From NCBI GenBank assembly GCA_036170655.1, contig JAVHPP010000090.1:1-12584 (forward strand): a stretch of 12,584 bases of DNA, read 5' to 3'. Positions 8,001-12,584 of the stretch are shown in pieces. The notes under the pieces were generated by a model that searched no databases, was not told the DNA's origin, and worked only from the letters and a program-made list of their open reading frames with translations. Positions within the stretch are counted from its first letter, which is position 1, and each line of letters starts with the position of its first letter. The position numbers were made by a program, and so were the translations under genes. Source of the stretch: Candidatus Zixiibacteriota bacterium. Lineage in GTDB: Bacteria; Zixibacteria; MSB-5A5; WJJR01.

Positions 8001-8170
8001 TCGGGACCGGCGCCGGGATAGACCGTCAGCACGACAATGTAGGGGAAGTCAACCTTGGGAAACAAGTCGACGGCCATCCGGTTGTACGAAAACACACCAA
8101 GAACCATCAAGGCGAGGATAACCATGACCGCAAAAACCGGTCGCTTGATGGCAGTCTTGGCGAGAATCAT
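5072..8170 (-). CDS. RND efflux transporter permease subunit (AcrB/AcrD/AcrF family)
   Basis: 1032 aa. N-terminal [30 protein letters not shown], and intact proton-relay motifs [26 protein letters not shown] and RLRPILMTT. Confidence 0.96.
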   Translation of the reverse strand: MILAKTAIKRPVFAVMVILALMVLGVFSYNRMAVDLFPKVDFPYIVVLTVYPGAGPEAVESEITKKIEDQINTISGLKHLLSTSKEGLSQVLAQFEVGENAADKALEVREKISTILADLPDDAKAPVIQRFDPDSDPIMSLVISGQRPLKEITTITKDVIKKRLESVSGVGAVQVIGGAQREIQVALDARRMDAFAVSVQEVQGAIKLANIEFPTGRIDRGASELTLRTLGKFASWRDFGGLVVAHRSGRPVKLSDLALISDGVAEQRTYSRFNAREAVALDIVRQSGANTVRVADDIEAQIAKLKAELPADIHIAVAKDNSVFIRDAVHDVVVNIYYGGALAVLVIFLFLYNWRTTLISALAIPTSIVATFTFMYLLGFTINFMSLLGLSIAVGLLIDDAIVVIENIYRNYHGGVDARTAADRGTAEIGLAVMATTFTIVAVFVPVAFMGGIVGRFFYQFGLTVTVSILVSLFVAFTLTPMLFSRLIKRPEEETHINGGWLGVRWLNSFERGFNRRFEWIKGLYRNTLEWALRHRLATMVVAVVGFVASLALLPLVGTEFIPQRDEAQFYVDFEAAPGTSLKQTAALTAKVEDAIRELPEVTGIYTSIGSANRPVSEGVMTVNLTPKDQRKRSVFAIVTGIRDRLGDFPGLYLSIAAEKSEGGNKPVSLSVQGDDLRILHRLAAAVEESTRTVPGTRDVRNSLVGARPEAQIIVDRDRASELGLSMAQIASSLRLLVDGDDATTYKEGDEEYKVRLRLATADRSNTWAIENLMIRSNREIPGRDQFFVPLKQVARLDQRGGPTEIRRYDRRREVLISGNVASGAFAGDVRAAALKKVAEIPEPPGYVIRATGEAEMQQESFGNMLVALLLGVIFIYFVLASQYESFSDPLAIMLSLPLSLVGAFAGLFIFGSALSIMSMIGIILLMGLVTKNAILLIDFVKQARARGESRTDAILEAGPIRLRPILMTTLATIFGVLPLALALGPGAELRAPMARAVIGGLVSSTALTLIVVPVVYTLLDDLVAKFAARKR

Positions 8171-8219
8171 GATGGGCCCGTTATGCGGACTTCAGTAATT
8201 CAAACCGGATCCACGTTGC

Positions 8220-9275
8220 TTACTGCCCGGGAACCGGATTGACCTTCGTGCCTTCCTGCAAGTTGTTCTGGCCAAGCACGACCACTTGGTCGCCATCCTG
8301 GAGGCCCGATCTGACTTCGACGAGTGGTCCCGATTCCACGCCGGCCGTGACTTGTACAAAGTGGGCCGTTGAGTCGCGGACGGTGAAGGCGCCCAGCCCC
8401 GACTCCCGATACACGAGCGCGTCCCGCGGCACGCTGATCACCTGCGCGCGATTCTCCAGTTCAACGGAGGCGCGCACAAACATCCCCGGGAGAAGTCTGT
8501 TCTCACGGTTCTCGGCGAGAACTTCGACCGATACGGTGCGCGTCTTGGGGTCCGCCGCGGCGGAGATCTCCGCCACCCATCCCTCCGACGCAACGGTCGT
8601 GTCAAGTTCCGAACGCACGGCGACACGCTGTCCCTTCGAGAGTTCTTTCGCTTCATAGACCGAGGCATCGATCAGGATACGAATCGTGTCGACCGAAGCG
8701 ATCTGCGCGAGCGGTTCGCCGATCCCCGACTGGCGGCCGACGCGCGCGAACAGTTCGGTCACCACCCCGCCGATCGGCGCTGTCAGGACCGCGCGGTCAC
8801 GGGCGGATTCGTAGTCGGCACGCGCAACCGTCAGCAGCGTCCGGCGGGCATCCCGTTCCACTTCACTGACTGCACCCTGTTGGAACAGACGATCGAACTT
8901 CTCGGCATTGCGCTGTGCATCCTCGAAGACTGCACGGAGCTGCCGCACGGCCGAGCCCGGTCCCTCCTCATCAAAATAGATGATGGGAGCGCCGGCCCGG
9001 ACGCGATCTCCCTCGGACAACGGAATCTTGACAATCGTCTCAGGGATTCGTGCGTAGACAGTCGCCTGACGAATTCCCTCGACGGTCCCGGTGTACGTCC
9101 GGGTCCGTTGCAGATCGGCGCGGGTCGCGGTCGCGACCACCACAGGGACACGATCCTCGCGCAGGGAATCAGTGTTCTTGGCGCCGCAACCAGCGGCCGC
9201 CATGACGGTCGCCGCCGCAAAAACGAGTGACACCGCTTTTTGGCCCATCTGTTTTGGTCTCAAGTGCATGACCAT
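8220..9275 (-). CDS. RND efflux periplasmic adaptor (membrane fusion protein), probable lipoprotein
   Basis: LTAPIGGVV, LLPGMFVRA, VPRDALV and GLQDGDQVVVLGQ are MFP motifs. The track start at 9392 overlaps the TolC gene; the in-frame ATG at 9275 has a GGGAG RBS and leads to a signal peptide ending in a lipobox-like AAAGC. Confidence 0.9.
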   Translation of the reverse strand: MVMHLRPKQMGQKAVSLVFAAATVMAAAGCGAKNTDSLREDRVPVVVATATRADLQRTRTYTGTVEGIRQATVYARIPETIVKIPLSEGDRVRAGAPIIYFDEEGPGSAVRQLRAVFEDAQRNAEKFDRLFQQGAVSEVERDARRTLLTVARADYESARDRAVLTAPIGGVVTELFARVGRQSGIGEPLAQIASVDTIRILIDASVYEAKELSKGQRVAVRSELDTTVASEGWVAEISAAADPKTRTVSVEVLAENRENRLLPGMFVRASVELENRAQVISVPRDALVYRESGLGAFTVRDSTAHFVQVTAGVESGPLVEVRSGLQDGDQVVVLGQNNLQEGTKVNPVPGQ

Positions 9276-9315
9276 TCGCTCCCACTCATGGTGCGCCGAT
9301 TCGGACAAGCACACG

Positions 9316-10671
9316 TCAGTTCGCCGCGACCGAGCGCAGCACCGGTTCTCCCATGGCCCGCCGCCATTCCGCGCGGGCCACCAGACGGTCATGCCGGGCG
9401 GTTTCGCGGTAGATGCGCGCGGTGGTCAACTCCATCTGGGCATCGAGGACTTCCAACTGTGTGCCGACGCCCGATTCATAGCGCACATCGGCAATCTGGA
9501 CACCCTGCTCGGCCTGAGTGACCGTCTCTTTCTGTGCCTCCAGCCGCTGTGTTGCTTCGAGGAAATTGTTCCTCGCCCGTTCAATTTCGAGCGTAACGCC
9601 TTTCAACAGGGCCTGATGTCTCAACTGCGACTGCTTCAGATCGACCTTGGCCATTCCCACGCTGCCCGACCGGCGGAAGCCATCGAAAATGGGATAGGAA
9701 ACCATCAGCATTCCCTGCCACGATCGCGACGTGTTGCCGGGCCGGTACTTGAAATCGTCAGACAGTGCCTGCCAATCCAGTACACCTCTTAATTTGAGAG
9801 TCGGCCAGTAGTCCGCGCGCGCCGACTGCAGCGCATTGCCGAGAATACCGACTTCGTACTCGGATGCCTGCACATCATGGCGTTCGTGCGTCGCCTGCGA
9901 CACGAGCTGGTCCAGCGGGGCGCTTTCCCAAGCCGATGAATCCGGCTCCGAATCGGTCAATTCGAGGGGGATGCCAGCGTCTATTCCAATCAGCGTCCGC
10001 AACCGCGAATCGGCGATCGCCGTTGTATTCTGTGCCTGGATCAGGGGCGGTCGCAGGTTGGCAACGCGTACGCGCGCGCGCAATTGGTCGTACTCCGAGA
10101 CCAGCCCTTGGGCAAATTTCTTCTCCACGACCGTGTAGTTCTCTTCGGCCAGTTTCAAACTCTTCTCGGCCACGTCAACCAATCGTCGCGCCAGCATCGC
10201 GTCGAAAAAGGCCTGCGCCACATCCGTTTCCAAGTCAAGGAGCGCCTGGTCGCCCAGTTCGCCGGTCATGCTCCGGTAGTTGCGCGCTGCCGCCCAGGCA
10301 GCGAAGACACGGCCGCCCTCCCAAAGCGACTGCTCCAGCGATACCCCCCACGTGGCTGTGTGGCGGCTGCCAAATTGGTAACGCTGACCACCGAAGACAG
10401 CCGAAGGTATCTCGTAGGCGCGGATGTACGATCCATCGAAGCGGATGTCCGGAAGAATGCCGGAACGCGCCTGTTTGATGCGCGCCTGTGCGCGATCCTT
10501 CTCCGCCAACACCGAGCGGTAGCGTTCATTCGTTTCCAGTCCGCGGCGAATGGCATCGCTCAAGCTGAGTGGTCCCTGCCCCAAGGTTACGCGCGGCATG
10601 AGGAGAATGAGCATCGCCGCTGCACTGGATAGCCCCAGCCAATTGAACCATCGCGTCCCTTGCCTGATCAT
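9316..10671 (-). CDS. TolC-family outer membrane efflux protein
   Basis: Signal peptide, LSLSDAIRRGL, and two OEP repeats (KKFAQGLVSEYDQLRA; RYESGVGTQLEVLDAQ). Operonic with the MFP and RND genes. Confidence 0.93.
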   Translation of the reverse strand: MIRQGTRWFNWLGLSSAAAMLILLMPRVTLGQGPLSLSDAIRRGLETNERYRSVLAEKDRAQARIKQARSGILPDIRFDGSYIRAYEIPSAVFGGQRYQFGSRHTATWGVSLEQSLWEGGRVFAAWAAARNYRSMTGELGDQALLDLETDVAQAFFDAMLARRLVDVAEKSLKLAEENYTVVEKKFAQGLVSEYDQLRARVRVANLRPPLIQAQNTTAIADSRLRTLIGIDAGIPLELTDSEPDSSAWESAPLDQLVSQATHERHDVQASEYEVGILGNALQSARADYWPTLKLRGVLDWQALSDDFKYRPGNTSRSWQGMLMVSYPIFDGFRRSGSVGMAKVDLKQSQLRHQALLKGVTLEIERARNNFLEATQRLEAQKETVTQAEQGVQIADVRYESGVGTQLEVLDAQMELTTARIYRETARHDRLVARAEWRRAMGEPVLRSVAAN

Positions 10672-10675
10672 AGAA

Positions 10676-11371
10676 TCACACCCGGCTACGGCTCCCCCTC
10701 AGCGCAATCCCATCGAAAAACACCGATACAATCAACTCGGCTTGGGTGGCGACATTGCCGGCCGTCTTCGCGTGCGCCTGCGACGCCACGTGGATATAGA
10801 AATGATGGACCAGCCCGATGAACATCATCGCCAGGCTCATAGGGTCGGCACGCCGGATTTCCCGGCGCGCCATCGCCGTCTTGAGCCGTTTTCCAATCGG
10901 TTCGGCCACCGACTGAATCCGTGCGGCAATGGTCTGCATCCCATAGCGCCCGTGCGGGGACTCCGGGCAATCCCATTCGTGCATGAGCATCGAGCAAAAG
11001 TCATGGTTGGCCTTGTAGTACTCGATCATACGGCGGGTGTACATGTCAAGACTGGCGCGCACACCCTGGCCAGCACGGGACGCCTCCCGGGCGATCTGGC
11101 GAACATCATCGAAGAGAGACGTGATGGCGGCGGCAAAGAGACTTTCCTTGCTGTCAAAGTAGTTGTAGACGGTCCCCTTGCCGAATTCCGCCCGGTCGGC
11201 GATCTCCTCCAGGGTGGCTTTGTCAAACCCCTTTTCAGCGAAGACGGCCTGTGCAGCGTGCACAATCTCCGCCCGGCGCACAAGCCGCTCCCGCTCCTTG
11301 CGGGTCGGAGGCTTGCCCCCTGGGGATTTGGGGCGGCGTGGTGTGGACGGCTTCGTCGTCATAGGACGCAA
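10676..11371 (-). CDS. TetR/AcrR family transcriptional regulator (start may be ATG at 11362)
   Basis: HTH IVHAAQAVFAEKGFDKATLEEIADRAEFGKGTVYNYFDSKESLF. First gene of the efflux operon, 4 nt from the TolC start. Confidence 0.94.
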   Translation of the reverse strand: MRPMTTKPSTPRRPKSPGGKPPTRKERERLVRRAEIVHAAQAVFAEKGFDKATLEEIADRAEFGKGTVYNYFDSKESLFAAAITSLFDDVRQIAREASRAGQGVRASLDMYTRRMIEYYKANHDFCSMLMHEWDCPESPHGRYGMQTIAARIQSVAEPIGKRLKTAMARREIRRADPMSLAMMFIGLVHHFYIHVASQAHAKTAGNVATQAELIVSVFFDGIALRGSRSRV

Positions 11372-11402
11372 TGGTCATAAAGTGACCAATTAGTAAAGTA
11401 TA
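11364..11402 (-). promoter_or_regulatory. Putative TetR operator and -10 element of the efflux operon
   Basis: Perfect inverted repeat TGGTCA-TAAAG-TGACCA (11372-11388) right at the tetR start, an overlapping imperfect palindrome TGACCAATTAGTAA (11383-11396), and TATACT on the minus strand at 11402-11397. Confidence 0.55.
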
Positions 11403-11627
11403 CGACTGGACGTTCATGTTGCGCCAGAAAATCCTGCCGATGCTGTCAAAAAAGATGGCCAGCCACCCGGCTCTTTTCTTCCTGCAAAAAGCTGCCGGGC
11501 TCCGCATTCTTAGAACCGGCGACCGTAACTCTATGCGACTGTGGGCGGTTACTGCTATCGAGGAGTAGAATATGCGGCCTGCACAGAAAGACGGCACAGG
11601 GAGTCCGTCTCGGGCACGGTATCAGCG

Positions 11628-11945
11628 ATAATAGATCGTCACTACATCGAAGAAATCTGCGCAAAGGTCGTCAGCGAATTTAGTCCGAAGCGGATTGTCC
11701 TCTTCGGATCGTATGCTTATGGGGCGCCGACCCCGGATTCCGATGTGGACCTCCTGGTCATGCTGCCATTCGAAGGTAAAAGTCTCTGGAAGTCACTGGA
11801 AATCCCGAATCGTGTGGACCCGCATTGTCCGGTCGATCTTCTGGCTCGGCGACCCGACGACGTTGCCAGGCGCTATGACCAGGGAGATCCCCTGATCCGG
11901 GATGCTCTGGATCGTGGAAGAATCATCTATGAACGAGGTCGTTAG
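11628..11945 (+). CDS. Minimal nucleotidyltransferase (MNT) domain protein, antitoxin-like; start codon uncertain (ATA at 11628, or GTG at 11541)
   Basis: PKRIVLFGSYAYGAPTPDSDVDLLV (GS...DxD motif), PVDLL and GRIIYE C-terminus. The family-like sequence begins at about IIDRHYIEEI; the upstream 29 codons from the GTG at 11541 do not look like part of the domain. Confidence 0.8.
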   Translation: MIDRHYIEEICAKVVSEFSPKRIVLFGSYAYGAPTPDSDVDLLVMLPFEGKSLWKSLEIPNRVDPHCPVDLLARRPDDVARRYDQGDPLIRDALDRGRIIYERGR

Positions 11946-12305
11946 GAGTGGATCGAAAAGGCCGCTTGGGATTACGCGACCGCGGGGCGGGAGCTGGGGG
12001 TCGAAATGGCCCCGAACTACGACGCGGTCTGCTTCCACGCGCAACAGACTATTGAGAGACTGCTGATGGGGTTGCTCATCCATCATAGCGTGAATCCACA
12101 GAAGATTCACGATCTTGCTCAGTTGAGCCTTCTGGTAACACAGGCGCTGCCCGAATGGACTTGGCCGGATGAAGAGTTGCGGTTCCTGAGCCGCGCTGCG
12201 CTCGATTTCCGATACCCCGGTGAGTCAGCTAATCGTGAGGAAGCCGCTGAAGCGTTCGCGATCAGCGCGCGTATTCGGAAGGCCATTCTGCCGTTATTCG
12301 CCTGA
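11929..12305 (+). pseudogene. HEPN domain protein with an apparent 1-nt deletion near codon 6
   Basis: ATG at 11929 reads MNEVV, and the natural continuation EWIEKAAWDYATAGRELGVEMAPNYDAVCFHAQQ...KIHDL...FRYPG is in another frame from 11946. The track ORF from 12006 lacks the first helix. Confidence 0.75.
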
Positions 12306-12350
12306 ACGCGCAGCCACAGGGTCCGGCCGGCCGCGCGAGGTCACGGCCTT

Positions 12351-12584
12351 TCACCACATCTTCTTCCGCTTGAAGTAGTACACCATCGCTGCGACGATCG
12401 CGGCTGACACCCCCCAGAAGAACGTGTACCCGTGCTCCCACTCCAGTTCGGGAAAGTGCTTGAAGTTCATGCCATAGATGCTGGCAATCAGCGTCAGCGG
12501 CAGGAAGATGGTGGAGATGACTGTCAGCACGCGGATGGTATTGTTGACACGCCGCTGCACCGTCGAGAAGTAGACTTCGAGAAC
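12351..12584 (-). CDS. corA: CorA-family Mg2+/Co2+ transporter, C-terminal part (5' end outside window)
   Basis: VLEVYFSTVQRRVNNTIRVLTVISTIFLPLTLIASIYGMNFKHFPELEWEHGY...YFKRKKMW: YGMNF signature, PEL loop, two TM helices and a basic tail. The frame is open to the window edge. Confidence 0.92.
   Translation of the reverse strand, partial: VLEVYFSTVQRRVNNTIRVLTVISTIFLPLTLIASIYGMNFKHFPELEWEHGYTFFWGVSAAIVAAMVYYFKRKKMW

Noticed and set aside
9276..9392. N-terminal extension of the MFP in the ORF track
   Set aside because: It overlaps the TolC 3' end; the ATG at 9275 has an RBS and gives a normal signal peptide.
11397..11449. TTGACA (11449-11444, minus strand) paired with TATACT (11402-11397) as one promoter
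   Set aside because: The spacing is 41 nt, incompatible with a single sigma70 promoter.
11943..11945. Genome-wide TAG recoding or pyrrolysine
   Set aside because: The RND gene ends normally at TAG (5072-5074), no other gene has an internal TAG, and a 1-nt deletion explains the junction.

Overview
GC-rich bacterial window with nearly all genes on the minus strand. Read in transcription order (right to left): 3' end of corA; a plus-strand MNT-HEPN toxin-antitoxin-like pair that looks damaged (probable lost start codon, 1-nt frameshift); a TetR-TolC-MFP-RND efflux operon; the three bacillithiol biosynthesis genes bshC-bshA-bshB1; then a selenocysteine tRNA (selC, anticodon UCA) and the 5' part of selA, both missed by the ORF track. 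The intergenic gaps hold several families of REP/REPIN-like palindromes. The most notable points are (i) co-directional linkage of the full bacillithiol pathway with selC-selA, raising the untested possibility of a seleno-bacillithiol or a Se/thiol-redox link, and (ii) a tRNA-Sec whose acceptor+T helix is 12 bp with a bulged C instead of the canonical 13 bp (8/5). All calls come from manual reading and motif recognition; no searches were run.
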